64,000 nucleotides of DNA from NCBI GenBank assembly GCA_937904325.1, contig CALGTK010000232.1:1172-65171 (forward strand), in the 5' to 3' direction. This document shows, piece after piece, positions 21,868-31,351 of the stretch; position 1 is the first letter of the stretch, and each line of letters starts with the position of its first letter. This DNA comes from an uncultured Planctomyces sp. GTDB taxonomy: Bacteria; Planctomycetota; Planctomycetia; Planctomycetales; Planctomycetaceae. Position numbers and translations under genes: made by a program. Below the pieces are notes generated by a model. It did not search any database and had not been told where the DNA came from. It saw only the letters and a list, made by a program, of their open reading frames with translations.

Positions 21868-22995
21868 ATGACCATCATCAGATCAGCCGCGCTCTTAACA
21901 TTCACAATTTCACTGATTGCAGGATGCAAGCCATCGCCAACGGTAACTACTCCGACAGATGCCGAGTCATCTGAGACAGTCGCCCTGCCAACGGCAGCAC
22001 CAGAACCTGACGCCGCTGAATGTATCGCCGGTTTGGAAGAGGCTGGGGCGAAACTAAAAAAAGACGGCGACGGACTGGTCATCGAAGCCGACTTCCGAGG
22101 CCTGACAATCGGCGACTCAGCTCTTGAATATCTCATCGGTTTGCGTCGTGTGAGATCTATCCTGCTGAACGAAACTGGCGTCACCGACGCCGGTATGGTA
22201 ACTGTTGGAAAGGTTGCGACGCTGCAGAATGTTGACCTTCGTGACTGCACAATTTCGAACGCGGGGCTTGAACCGCTGGCTGAACTGTCACAACTAAAGG
22301 CTCTGCGGTTATCCGGCAAAAGTGGAGCGACGTCCGTTGACGACGACGGATTGGTCCACGTTGCGAAGATGAAGAACCTCAAAGCTCTAATGCTTGACTT
22401 CCTCTGGATCAGCGAAGTTGGCCTCGAACAGTTAACTGGCCTGGACAAACTTGAAGAGCTGTACCTGGCGAAAACGCTGGTAGGTGACGACGCTCTGGCG
22501 ACAATGAGCCAGTTTCCGCGGCTCAAGAAACTCCGCATCTCACAATGCCAGTTTGAAAACGACGGTCTGGCACACCTTGCCAAGGTAACAACGCTGGAAT
22601 ATCTCGACCTTAGCGAGAACAACTCGGTTAACGATACTGGGATGCCGCACCTGTCGGGGTTGACGAAACTCAAAAGCCTTAACCTGTGGAGGACCTATGT
22701 CGGAGATCCCGGAGTTGAAAGTCTGGCAGGCCTGACGGCGATGGAGTGGCTGAACCTGGACAACTCGCAGATTTCGGATGCGTGTCTGAAACATCTGAGT
22801 CGTATGAACAAGCTATCGTTCCTGCACCTCGGTTCGACGCTTGTCTCAGACGCTGGCCTGCCAGCTCTGGAAGGCCTGGCGTCTCTTAAAGATCTCAAGG
22901 TGACCCGAACGGCGGTTACCGAGGAAGGTGTCGCGGCTTTGAACAAGAAGCTGCCCGATACCGATATTCAATTACGGTATCTCGAGGGACAGTGA
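21868..22995 (+). CDS. Leucine-rich repeat lipoprotein
   Basis: A signal peptide with lipobox (LIAGC) is followed by about 10 LRR units of 24-25 aa (L..L..L.L..T.V.D.GL..L). Confidence 0.85.
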   Translation: MTIIRSAALLTFTISLIAGCKPSPTVTTPTDAESSETVALPTAAPEPDAAECIAGLEEAGAKLKKDGDGLVIEADFRGLTIGDSALEYLIGLRRVRSILLNETGVTDAGMVTVGKVATLQNVDLRDCTISNAGLEPLAELSQLKALRLSGKSGATSVDDDGLVHVAKMKNLKALMLDFLWISEVGLEQLTGLDKLEELYLAKTLVGDDALATMSQFPRLKKLRISQCQFENDGLAHLAKVTTLEYLDLSENNSVNDTGMPHLSGLTKLKSLNLWRTYVGDPGVESLAGLTAMEWLNLDNSQISDACLKHLSRMNKLSFLHLGSTLVSDAGLPALEGLASLKDLKVTRTAVTEEGVAALNKKLPDTDIQLRYLEGQ

Positions 22996-23104
22996 TTTCA
23001 GGTGCATTGATTCTCCAGAAATATCTGTGGCGACATAAATATCAAGGTCTTTGGGACATCTACTCTTCGCTCATTTGTCTTTACGATTCTGCCCGGAGGG
23101 CTTT

Positions 23105-23275
23105 CTATTTGGCTTCACACATGCCGAAGGAGCCAACAGAAATATCATCCGGTATGTTTTCATACGAAATCGTGTCGATCGTAGTAACACCGCTAAGCCT
23201 GAATTTTCGTCCGAGAAACGAAAGCGGCGTTGGAGAATCAAACAATGCCTGGCCGTGCATTTTCGCTGCCTTCAT
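23105..23275 (-). CDS. Possible small protein downstream of the OYE gene
   Basis: The ORF is open for 66 codons from a TTG at 23305, with an ATG at 23275 (MKAAKMHGQALFDSPTPLSF...). It is co-oriented with, and 50-80 nt after, the OYE stop. I recognise no family and see no convincing RBS. Confidence 0.25.
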   Translation of the reverse strand: MKAAKMHGQALFDSPTPLSFLGRKFRLSGVTTIDTISYENIPDDISVGSFGMCEAK

Positions 23276-23355
23276 TCTCCAGTTTACACCGAGCTTGATA
23301 CGCAATCATCGCCGTCCATCATCCAGGCCGCGAGGTGTATCGTTGCACCAAACAT

Positions 23356-24840
23356 CTACAACAGTCGCTGGCGGACCTCTTCTTTGGCCTGCTTTAACTC
23401 GGCAGCCTCGGGTGACTTTTTATAGGTTTCGTCGAGCGGGAAGCAGCCCGAGATGATGCCTTTTCGTGGGGCGGTCGTGCAGTCGCTGAAGGTTCGACAG
23501 ATGGCTTTCGTACGAATCGGATTTCCTTCGAGCACGTCCGCCGGCATGTCCCAATAGCTGAGGGTCAATCGACCAATGCCGACAAAGTCTGCGTAGCCAT
23601 CGCGAATGGCAGCTTGCGCAACGTGCGGCAGATACTCCTGGAAGTACGACCACGCGGAGCCGACGACAGGGATGTCCGGAAGCAATTCTTTGAGCCTCCG
23701 GACTGATTCAATTTGTCGGACGCAGCCGATCAGTGGATCTTCCGGCGGCTGATATCCGTCGGAAGGTGGATAGAAGGCTGGTCGTTGAATGTGCGGGTTG
23801 TAGTAAGGTGAACCCGCCGTCAGATTGAACATCGCAACCCCATACTCGTCGTGAAGCATTCGAATGAGACGAAGAGGATCCGTCAGATCCATTTCCAGCG
23901 GGTTATCTTTACTGCAACCGAAGCCAGGATAGTCCGTCACCGAATGCTCATCGGGAATACCTGGCCCGAGCTTGCCCGGTATTGCCAGCTCCGGGTCGGG
24001 GTGATACGGCGGCCGGTCAAAAACGGACAGGCGTACGCCGATCATCAGCCCAGGACACTCAGCGTGAATGCCGTCCAGGATTTCTCGCATGAATCGCGTT
24101 CGTCCGGCAAAGTCTCCACCGTAAGGTCCGGGACGAGTGAATGCCGACAGGAATTCATGACCGAGGTAGCCATGACAATGCTTCACATCGACAAACTGGA
24201 ATCCCGCATTCTGCGCGAGCTTTGCAGCGGATATGTAAGAATCAATCAGTCGCTTGATTTCGTCGTCCGTCAGGACAACTGAATCGTCATCGACTGCAAT
24301 TCCAAACTTTGGATCGAGGGTGGGATGGTGATAAACAATCCTTGGTTCCAGTGTGTCTTGACGGTTTGGTCTGCAGAAACGTCCCGAGTGGGTCAGCTGT
24401 AAACCGACCAGCAGGTCATTCAACGCTGATTCGCCGAAACGTTTAACGTGTGCACTGGTCAGAGTGCCAAGCAGGTCACGCATCGCGTTGGTGTTCTCTG
24501 GCCGATTCAGAAGTTGATTCGGATTCGCGCGACCGTCTGCCTGAACTGCAAATGCTTCTCCGCCCCAGATCAGCTTGCAACCTGAGAGACCAAAATTTCT
24601 CCAACGCCGGGTTGTCAGCTCACTCGGTCGACCTTCCGCTGTTCCATCCCAGCCTTCCATCGGGTGGATGCACCACCGATTGCCGACTGTGAAGTCTCCA
24701 ACCTTAATCGACTCGGCGAGCGGCGAATTCTGAGCGGCCGAAAGTAGCTCGTCGTCCAGAGGCAGTTCGATTTGCTGCCTCGACAGATATTGCCGAAATT
24801 CGTCCACGGACTTCAACGCCCCGATTCGCTGCCATTTCAT
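23356..24840 (-). CDS. NADH:flavin oxidoreductase (Old Yellow Enzyme-like, long form)
   Basis: The ORF is 494 aa. It contains HPMEGWDG, GFQFVDVKHCHGYLGHEFLS (the OYE active-site HxxY-type region) and a TIM-barrel-like layout. Confidence 0.88.
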   Translation of the reverse strand: MKWQRIGALKSVDEFRQYLSRQQIELPLDDELLSAAQNSPLAESIKVGDFTVGNRWCIHPMEGWDGTAEGRPSELTTRRWRNFGLSGCKLIWGGEAFAVQADGRANPNQLLNRPENTNAMRDLLGTLTSAHVKRFGESALNDLLVGLQLTHSGRFCRPNRQDTLEPRIVYHHPTLDPKFGIAVDDDSVVLTDDEIKRLIDSYISAAKLAQNAGFQFVDVKHCHGYLGHEFLSAFTRPGPYGGDFAGRTRFMREILDGIHAECPGLMIGVRLSVFDRPPYHPDPELAIPGKLGPGIPDEHSVTDYPGFGCSKDNPLEMDLTDPLRLIRMLHDEYGVAMFNLTAGSPYYNPHIQRPAFYPPSDGYQPPEDPLIGCVRQIESVRRLKELLPDIPVVGSAWSYFQEYLPHVAQAAIRDGYADFVGIGRLTLSYWDMPADVLEGNPIRTKAICRTFSDCTTAPRKGIISGCFPLDETYKKSPEAAELKQAKEEVRQRLL

Positions 24841-25006
24841 CTCAGCGGTTCTCCTGTGGTGTTATGCCTCATTCGCCCCATTCCAGTACGAAAGCTGCGT
24901 CCACACCGTAAGCATACTGAATCGCAGGCAGGTTGTTGCAGCGATGCCACAGCGGATTACCGAAGGGTAACAATGTTACCAGAAATCAACTCAGCACATC
25001 ATTCGG

Positions 25007-25225
25007 GTGCGCCAAAGGCGGGAGCTTGGGATAGCTAAACTATGGCTGAGTGTTCGACAGTTTCTTGCCAGAGAATCCGGGCACGCGATGGTCGAATACC
25101 TTTTCATGCTCAGCCTGATCCCCGTCGCTGCATTTCACGGGATCAAACTGGTCGGCAGATCCGCAGGACCTGTTCGAAACGAGTCGAGAGTCGCTCCCAT
25201 ACCTCATCTATACGAACGGTCGTAA
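25007..25225 (+). CDS. Flp/Fap-type (type IVb) prepilin-like small protein
   Basis: LARESG|HAMVEYLFMLSLIPVAAF matches the Flp prepilin G/xxxxEY processing motif plus its hydrophobic helix. The start is a GTG. The last 18 nt overlap the convergent cfa stop. The C-terminal tail is atypical. Confidence 0.45.
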   Translation: MRQRRELGIAKLWLSVRQFLARESGHAMVEYLFMLSLIPVAAFHGIKLVGRSAGPVRNESRVAPIPHLYERS

Positions 25226-26575
25226 CGCGTCGCTCATGCACCGAGGCTTCGCGAATTGCATCTGAACGGTTCCAACCAATCGCTCTTCAAAGGCAGCTTC
25301 GCAGTAGGACAGGTAGAAGTCCCACAGCCGGATGAAGGTTTCCGGAAATCCCTGCAAGCGTACCTGTTCGATCTGCTCGAAGAAACGCTCACGCCATACC
25401 CGCACTGTCTTGCCATAGTGAGGAGCAAGATCTTCCACGTGTAAGAGCCGCATGTCGGTTGTGCGAGCCACTGAGTCCAAAACTGACATCGGAGTGATCA
25501 GACAGCCGCCCGGAAAAATGTACCGTTGAATGAAGTCGACTGATTTCAAGTACGCTGGATATCGCTTCTCAGACATTGTGATTCCCTGAATAGCCATCTG
25601 GCCATCAGGTTTCAGCAGGCTGCCGCACTTTGCAAAGAAAGTGTCAAAGTATTCGTACCCAACGGCTTCAATCATCTCGACCGAGACCAGCTTGTCGAAC
25701 GAACCCTTAAGATCACGATAGTCTTCCAGTAACAATGTAATTCGATCAGAAAGACCTTCTTCGGCGACACGGCGACATGCGAAATCGTGCTGCTCTTTGG
25801 AAATCGTTGTCGTCGTGACTTTGCAGTCGTAGTTCTTCGCAGCGTGAATCGCCATGCCGCCCCAGCCCGTTCCGATCTCAAGGAGATGGTCGCTCTGTTT
25901 CAGGTCGAGCTTACGACACAGGCGGTCAATCTTGGCAACCTGAGCTTCATGCAGTGTGCTTTCGTCAGTCTCAAACACACCGCTGGAATAGGTCATCGTT
26001 TCGTCAAGGAACAGCGAATAGAAATCGTTGCCCAGGTCGTAATGCGCGTGGATGTTGCGAGCGCTACCGTCTTTCGAATTTTTCTGTCGCTCGTGCCACT
26101 TTCGAGCGAGTCGTGTTACCAGTCGAACTATTCCGCGATTGCCAGAATCGGTGATGTCGATATTGCGGCAGAATATTTTGACGACGTCCGTCGGGCTGTC
26201 TGATGTCCATTCTCCGAAAATGAACGACTCAGCGAATCCCAGGCTGCCGCCAATCGCGACTCGTCGGAAGAACTCCGGAGAATGAATCTCCATTTTCGCG
26301 ATCAACGAATTCCCATCGACAGCTCTGCCAAATTGATGTTCGGTGGCGCCCTCTTTAAGCAGGAGCAGTCCGTCGGAGAGTTTGCCGAATCGATTGAGCA
26401 CTCCACGCCGCAGCATTCGGGTCGTCATCTTTGGCTTGCCGGCCTGCGGAAACTCCAGCGCAAACGAGACGTCAATCGATTTCAGATTGGCAATCGTGTC
26501 GACTCGGTCAGCCGAAATTTCGGGCGATGTCGATGCGACTGGCTGATCGTCGACGATCTGATTCGATGATTTCAT
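25208..26575 (-). CDS. cfa: Cyclopropane-fatty-acyl-phospholipid synthase family SAM methyltransferase
   Basis: Supporting sequences are HYDLGNDFYSLFLDETMTYSSGVF, LLEIGTGWGGMAIHAAKNY (SAM motif I) and FIQRYIFPGG. The ATG at 26575 overlaps the upstream stop (ATGA). The longer track ORF is an out-of-gene extension. Confidence 0.9.
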   Translation of the reverse strand: MKSSNQIVDDQPVASTSPEISADRVDTIANLKSIDVSFALEFPQAGKPKMTTRMLRRGVLNRFGKLSDGLLLLKEGATEHQFGRAVDGNSLIAKMEIHSPEFFRRVAIGGSLGFAESFIFGEWTSDSPTDVVKIFCRNIDITDSGNRGIVRLVTRLARKWHERQKNSKDGSARNIHAHYDLGNDFYSLFLDETMTYSSGVFETDESTLHEAQVAKIDRLCRKLDLKQSDHLLEIGTGWGGMAIHAAKNYDCKVTTTTISKEQHDFACRRVAEEGLSDRITLLLEDYRDLKGSFDKLVSVEMIEAVGYEYFDTFFAKCGSLLKPDGQMAIQGITMSEKRYPAYLKSVDFIQRYIFPGGCLITPMSVLDSVARTTDMRLLHVEDLAPHYGKTVRVWRERFFEQIEQVRLQGFPETFIRLWDFYLSYCEAAFEERLVGTVQMQFAKPRCMSDALRPFV

Positions 26576-27591
26576 GAGCGAACGGTTTCCGTGACTCCTG
26601 ACAGGCGGCCGGCCTGAGAGGCTTTGTCTTCGCTGGATGAAGGAGCATTTCCGGGGTGAGGGACGTACGGACATTTTTTCCACCAGAGGCGAAGAGCCTG
26701 CCAGTAGATTCCCGCCGCAATCTTTCCCGTCATGAAGGGATAACGAATGAGCGAACCGGCAAGCTGCCCACCGGAAATCGGCCGACGTTTCAAATGAAGC
26801 GTACAGTCGAACAGCCGGTTTGCTTCCCGCCAATTCTCGATATGTACGGTTAACGTTTTTGCTGGAGCGACGATGCTCCAACGGTAGTCCATGTTCAATT
26901 TCATGAACGGAGAGACATGAAAACGTTTGCCATGCCGAAAACGCAAGCGTCTGACCGCAGATGTGGTTTTTTCAGTGTTTCGATCGACTGTCTGCGGACT
27001 GTGGGCTGACTGTGCGGGCTGATTTGACCGGTCGAGAATATAACAGTGCCGCTCGCCCCATGGCGTATTGTTAACCTCCGCAACGATCGTCTGCACCTGT
27101 TCGTCGTCACGATCAAAGCAGTAATAAAAGCTGACCGGATTCATCTTGTAGCCGAAATATCGCGGCTGAGTGAGCAACCGAATCGGACCGTCAGGCCGTT
27201 CAAAACCAGCCGCCTCAACGAGACTCCGCACAGCAATGTCAAGCGGAGAAAGCGGCTCGTTCGTCCTTTCGGGACGTTGACCGAAGCTTTGTTCGGCCGG
27301 CTTTGACCCGTCGTCTGAATTAAGTGCCGCGGGGATGATGTCTGCGGGAAACGCAAGATGATCTGCGCGGTGAAACCTCGCGACAGCCGATCTGCGAGTC
27401 GACCATAACAAGCGTCCAAAGAAGACCCGATCGAGTTCACTCAGGTCGAGATACAGCCACGACCCTGAATAAGTGAACGCGTTCTCGACGGGCTCAAAGC
27501 GACGATGACGGACTTTGCCGACGTACAGACAGCTTTTCAGATTTTGGGAATCTACTGTCACCAAGGCGGCCCTACTCCGAGTTGTCGGCAC
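26572..27591 (-). CDS. DUF1365 family protein
   Basis: CLYVGKVRHRRFEPVENAFTYSGSWLYLDLSELD is the typical DUF1365 N-terminus. The track start is a GTG at 27591. An alternative GTG at 27561 forms a GTGA overlap with the upstream stop. Confidence 0.85.
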   Translation of the reverse strand: MPTTRSRAALVTVDSQNLKSCLYVGKVRHRRFEPVENAFTYSGSWLYLDLSELDRVFFGRLLWSTRRSAVARFHRADHLAFPADIIPAALNSDDGSKPAEQSFGQRPERTNEPLSPLDIAVRSLVEAAGFERPDGPIRLLTQPRYFGYKMNPVSFYYCFDRDDEQVQTIVAEVNNTPWGERHCYILDRSNQPAQSAHSPQTVDRNTEKTTSAVRRLRFRHGKRFHVSPFMKLNMDYRWSIVAPAKTLTVHIENWREANRLFDCTLHLKRRPISGGQLAGSLIRYPFMTGKIAAGIYWQALRLWWKKCPYVPHPGNAPSSSEDKASQAGRLSGVTETVRS

Positions 27592-28844
27592 ACGGCCAAA
27601 GCACTGTTGATGCCGTCTTCGTGGAAACCATTGCCCCAGTAGGCTCCGCAGAACGACGTTCGATTGTGGTTGATCAGGGCGGAATGCTTCTGCTGAGCGA
27701 ATCGTCGTTCCGTCGTGTAAACAGGGTGGTGATACTCGTACTTGCCGATCACCTTAGCCGGGTCAATTGCCGCATCCCGATTTAGCGTCACGCAATACGT
27801 TCGCTGAGCCTTCAGCCGCTCCAGAATATTCATATTGTAGGTGACCGTCGCGCTTTGACCAGAGGCTCCATCGAATTCCTGCTGACCGTCAGGTGGCGAT
27901 CCGTCAATGTGATAGTTCCAGCTTGCCCATGCACGGCGACGCTGCGGCAGCACGGAATCATCCCAATGAAGCACGGCAGAATTCTTTTGATAAGGGAACT
28001 CGTGCAGCACGTTTTGCTCGGTCATCGTGGCAGTGTCGCCGAGTATTCTAAGAGCCTGATCGCTGTGGCAGGCAAAAATTGCGTGGTCGAAACGCTCGTC
28101 TTCCGATCCTGTTGCGCAAATCGTGACGCCGGTTTCTTCACGGTCAATTGATTCCACTGGAGTATTCAGCCGAATTCGGTCTTCGAACGGAGCGATCAGT
28201 TTCTCGACGTAGCGTTTTGACCCGCCGGAGATCACTCGCCACTGAGGTCGGTCTCGAATACTGAGTAGTCCGTGGTTTCGGTAGAACTCAACGATGAACC
28301 GGACGGGAAACTTCCCGAACGTCTCCGGCGGACACGACCAGATCGCCGCTCCCATCGGGATGAGATACAAATCGGAAAATTGCTTCGAGTAACCTCGCTG
28401 CGTGACGTACTCGTCGACGGTCAGGCTGTCATGGTCGGCTTCGAGCAACCCCACGGCTTCACGATTGAAACGGAGAATGTCCTGCAGCATCCGATGAAAT
28501 CGCGGCTTCAAAAGATTACTTCGCTGAGCAAACAAGCCATTAAAATTCGAACCGTTGTATTCGATCTGGCTGCGTTCGCACCGAACGCTGAAGCTCATCT
28601 CCGTCGCTAGAGAACCAATACCGAGCCGTTCGAGCATCTGGATGAAATTCGGATACGTCCAGTCGTTGTAGACGATGAATCCCGTATCGATCGCGAGTTG
28701 CTCACCGTCGACGTCCACATCGATTGTGTGGGTGTGGCCGCCGATATAATCATTGGCCTCGAAGACAGTAATCTCGTGCGACTGATGCAACAGCCAGGCG
28801 GCGGTCAGACCAGAGATTCCGGAACCGATAATGGCGATCTTCAT
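27558..28844 (-). CDS. FAD-dependent oxidoreductase (amine-oxidase/desaturase-like)
   Basis: MKIAIIGSGISGLTAAWLL...VFEANDYIGGH is a dinucleotide-binding fold. The ATG at 28844 is preferred over the upstream TTG. Confidence 0.9.
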   Translation of the reverse strand: MKIAIIGSGISGLTAAWLLHQSHEITVFEANDYIGGHTHTIDVDVDGEQLAIDTGFIVYNDWTYPNFIQMLERLGIGSLATEMSFSVRCERSQIEYNGSNFNGLFAQRSNLLKPRFHRMLQDILRFNREAVGLLEADHDSLTVDEYVTQRGYSKQFSDLYLIPMGAAIWSCPPETFGKFPVRFIVEFYRNHGLLSIRDRPQWRVISGGSKRYVEKLIAPFEDRIRLNTPVESIDREETGVTICATGSEDERFDHAIFACHSDQALRILGDTATMTEQNVLHEFPYQKNSAVLHWDDSVLPQRRRAWASWNYHIDGSPPDGQQEFDGASGQSATVTYNMNILERLKAQRTYCVTLNRDAAIDPAKVIGKYEYHHPVYTTERRFAQQKHSALINHNRTSFCGAYWGNGFHEDGINSALAVCRQLGVGPPW

Positions 28845-29146
28845 CCGTGATTTCACTGTTTGAGGTCTCGCGGGAAGCCCGCCGTTCGTCCGATCTCGTG
28901 ATTCAGACGGCTGCAAATGTTAGCGGATTCACATTCGAGGTTCGCGTCTGGCGGCCATAGAACTTTCGCTGCGGCAACGTTTCGAAGAACCTGTCGAGAC
29001 TGTCATGGAAGACGCTTTCACTGTGCGCTATTGACAATTTGCCGGAGAGACTGACATCCTCCCCGAGTCAGAAATCTCAAGACTACCTGATCGACGATTC
29101 GCGACAGCAAGTCCCACGGACGAAGAGACGGGTTCGGAGAGCTACC

Positions 29147-30304
29147 ATGAGAAACGCCGTAATCATTGATGCCATCCGCACCCCGATCGCCAAGGCAAAT
29201 TCTGCCGTTGGTAACTTCCGCGATGTTCGTGCTGACGAGCTTTCTGCCGGGCTGATGAAGGCTTTGGTCGAGCGAACCAATATCGATCCGCAACTTATCG
29301 AAGACATTCGCTGGGGCTGTGTGCAGCAGCAGGGTGAGCAAGGCTTCGATGTCGCCCGCGTCGCGGGGCTGATGGCTGGTCTGCCGATCGAAACCGGCGG
29401 CGTGACACTCAACCGAAACTGCGCTTCAGGCCTCCAGGCCATCAACGATTGCGCAATGAGCATCGCGGCAAACTGCGAGGACATACAGATCGCGGGCGGA
29501 ATCGAGCACATGGGCCACATTCCGGCCTTTAAGGACTACGACCCTGCTCCCAGTCTGTTTGTGCGGCACAGCGAAGCGATCATGAACATGGGGCTGACGG
29601 CCGAGTACCTCGCCATGAAATATCAGATCTCGAGAGAAGCTCAGGACACATTCGCGGCTCGAAGTCAGCAACTCGCGGCAGCAGCCACCGAAAAAGGTGA
29701 ATTCGCCAGCGAAATCATTCCAACCTGGGGACGCTCTGAGGCCGGGCAGAAAGAACTGATCACAATCGACCAGGGAATCCGTGCCGACACTAACGTCGAA
29801 GGTTTGGCGAAACTTCCGCCCGCCTTCAATCCGGCCGGTGGAAGCGTGACAGCTGGGAGCAGCTCACAACTCAGTGCCGGTGCATCTGCGTTGCTGATCA
29901 TGTCGGAAGAAAAAGCATACGAACTCGGTCTGAAACCGATGGCGAAAATACGAGCAATGGCTGTCGCGGGAGTCGCTCCCGAAGAAATGGGCATCGGACC
30001 GGTGCCGGCGGTTCACAAAGTCATGAAACGAGCCGGTCTCACGCTCGACCAGATGGACTGTCTGGAGATCAACGAAGCCTTCGCTGTCCAGGTCCTATCC
30101 GTCATGAAGCTCCTTGGAATCACCGACGAAAAAGTCAACACACGCGGTGGAGCGGTCGCCCTCGGTCATCCCCTTGGAGCCAGCGGCGCCCGCATCGCGG
30201 TAACCCTACTTCACCGAATGCGGGATTCCGGAGCGAAATACGGACTGGCAACTCTATGCGTTGGACAGGGCCAGGGCGTCGCCACGATCTTCGAACGTGT
30301 TTAA
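29147..30304 (+). CDS. Acetyl-CoA C-acyltransferase (thiolase)
   Basis: The protein begins MRNAVIIDAIRTPIAK and contains NRNCASGLQAI (nucleophile Cys), GGAVALGHPLGASGARI and LCVGQGQG. Confidence 0.93.
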   Translation: MRNAVIIDAIRTPIAKANSAVGNFRDVRADELSAGLMKALVERTNIDPQLIEDIRWGCVQQQGEQGFDVARVAGLMAGLPIETGGVTLNRNCASGLQAINDCAMSIAANCEDIQIAGGIEHMGHIPAFKDYDPAPSLFVRHSEAIMNMGLTAEYLAMKYQISREAQDTFAARSQQLAAAATEKGEFASEIIPTWGRSEAGQKELITIDQGIRADTNVEGLAKLPPAFNPAGGSVTAGSSSQLSAGASALLIMSEEKAYELGLKPMAKIRAMAVAGVAPEEMGIGPVPAVHKVMKRAGLTLDQMDCLEINEAFAVQVLSVMKLLGITDEKVNTRGGAVALGHPLGASGARIAVTLLHRMRDSGAKYGLATLCVGQGQGVATIFERV

Positions 30305-30393
30305 TTGGCACAAAGATCAAAGAGGACTCTGGACAAGATGAGCAACGACTGAAAGATACCGTCCCACAGAAGTCTCACTGTTCGGAGTCCACC

Positions 30394-31221
30394 ATGACGG
30401 AAACTCGGCTTGGCTTACCCAATTTGGGATTTGGTGTCTGATTACGCACGACCCATTACACGCACATCCTGAAACACGAACCGAATGTCGACTGGTTCGA
30501 GATCATTTCGGAAAACTACATGGATTCCGGCGGACGGCCGCGGCACGTGCTGGAGCAGATTGTCGAGCAATACCAGGTCGTCATGCACGGCGTGTCGCTG
30601 TCGATTGGTTCGACCGATCCGCTCAACTTCGAATACCTCGGCAAGCTGAAGAATCTGGCCGAATGGACAAGGGCAGCCTGGATATCGGATCACGTTTGCT
30701 GGACCGGAGTAAACGGCCTGAACGGTCACGATCTGTTGCCGCTTCCGTTCAACGAAGAAACACTGCAGCACGTAGTGAGCCGGATTAAGACCGTGCAGGA
30801 TTTTCTTGAACGACCGCTTGTCCTGGAGAACCCCAGCACGTACGTCACATTCACCGATTCAACGATGTTTGAGTGGGAATTTGTGACTCGGATGGCTGAA
30901 GAGTCGGATTGCGGGCTGCTGCTCGACGTTAACAACGTCTACGTGAGCTGCTTCAATAACGATCTCGATCCGGAAGATTTCATCCGATCGCTGCCGCATG
31001 AACGGATCGTGCGGTTTCACCTCGTCGGACGCACCGACTGTGGTACGCACATCGTCGACACACATGACAACTTTGTCGTCGACAAAGTCTGGGAACTGTA
31101 CCAACTTGCTCACAAGCTGACCGGCGGAGTATCGACCCTACTGGAATGGGACGCTCAGATTCCCGACTTCGACGTTGTGTACGATGAAGTTCTGAAGGCG
31201 CGAGATCTGATTTTACAATGA
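30394..31221 (+). pseudogene. DUF692 (UPF0276; MNIO/MbnB-TglH-BufB family) gene interrupted by one in-frame TGA at 30439-30441
   Basis: The frame reads [51 protein letters not shown]...HGVSLSIGS...WISDHVCW...HDLLPLPF...LENPSTY...LLLDVNNVYVS...TLLEWD. Apart from the one stop, the 275 codons are open and family-typical. Confidence 0.8.
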
Positions 31222-31351
31222 AAGCGCGACACTCAAAACAAAAATTCGGGTTAATGCCAACTCAACAGCTTCTGAAGATCCTGCGCAAAGGCCACAAAGG
31301 TCGGCGACCATTCCACAGCCAGCGATCTTCGTTGCAGCCGAGGTTGAGTGA

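Noticed and set aside
21807-22673. A 288-aa ORF antisense to the LRR gene
   Set aside because: It is Ser/Arg-rich and lies fully inside, and opposite to, a gene with clear LRR periodicity. This is a typical antisense open frame in repeat-coding, GC-rich DNA.
26576-26881. The N-terminal extension of the cfa ORF (track start 26881)
   Set aside because: The extension lies entirely inside the DUF1365 gene in another frame. The ATG at 26575 gives the ATGA coupling overlap and a normal Cfa N-terminus.
30306-30320. A sigma54-like TGGCAC-N5 element upstream of the DUF692 gene
   Set aside because: TGGCAC is present, but the -12 element reads TCAA instead of TTGC, so the essential GC is missing. It is probably a chance match.
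30439-30441. The in-frame TGA in the DUF692 gene as a selenocysteine codon
   Set aside because: The aligned family position is Gly, not Cys. No SECIS-like stem-loop starts within the ~10-20 nt after the TGA; the only nearby hairpin, CGAACC/GGTTCG, begins about 40 nt downstream. TGA is clearly used as a stop elsewhere, for example in the ATGA gene overlaps.
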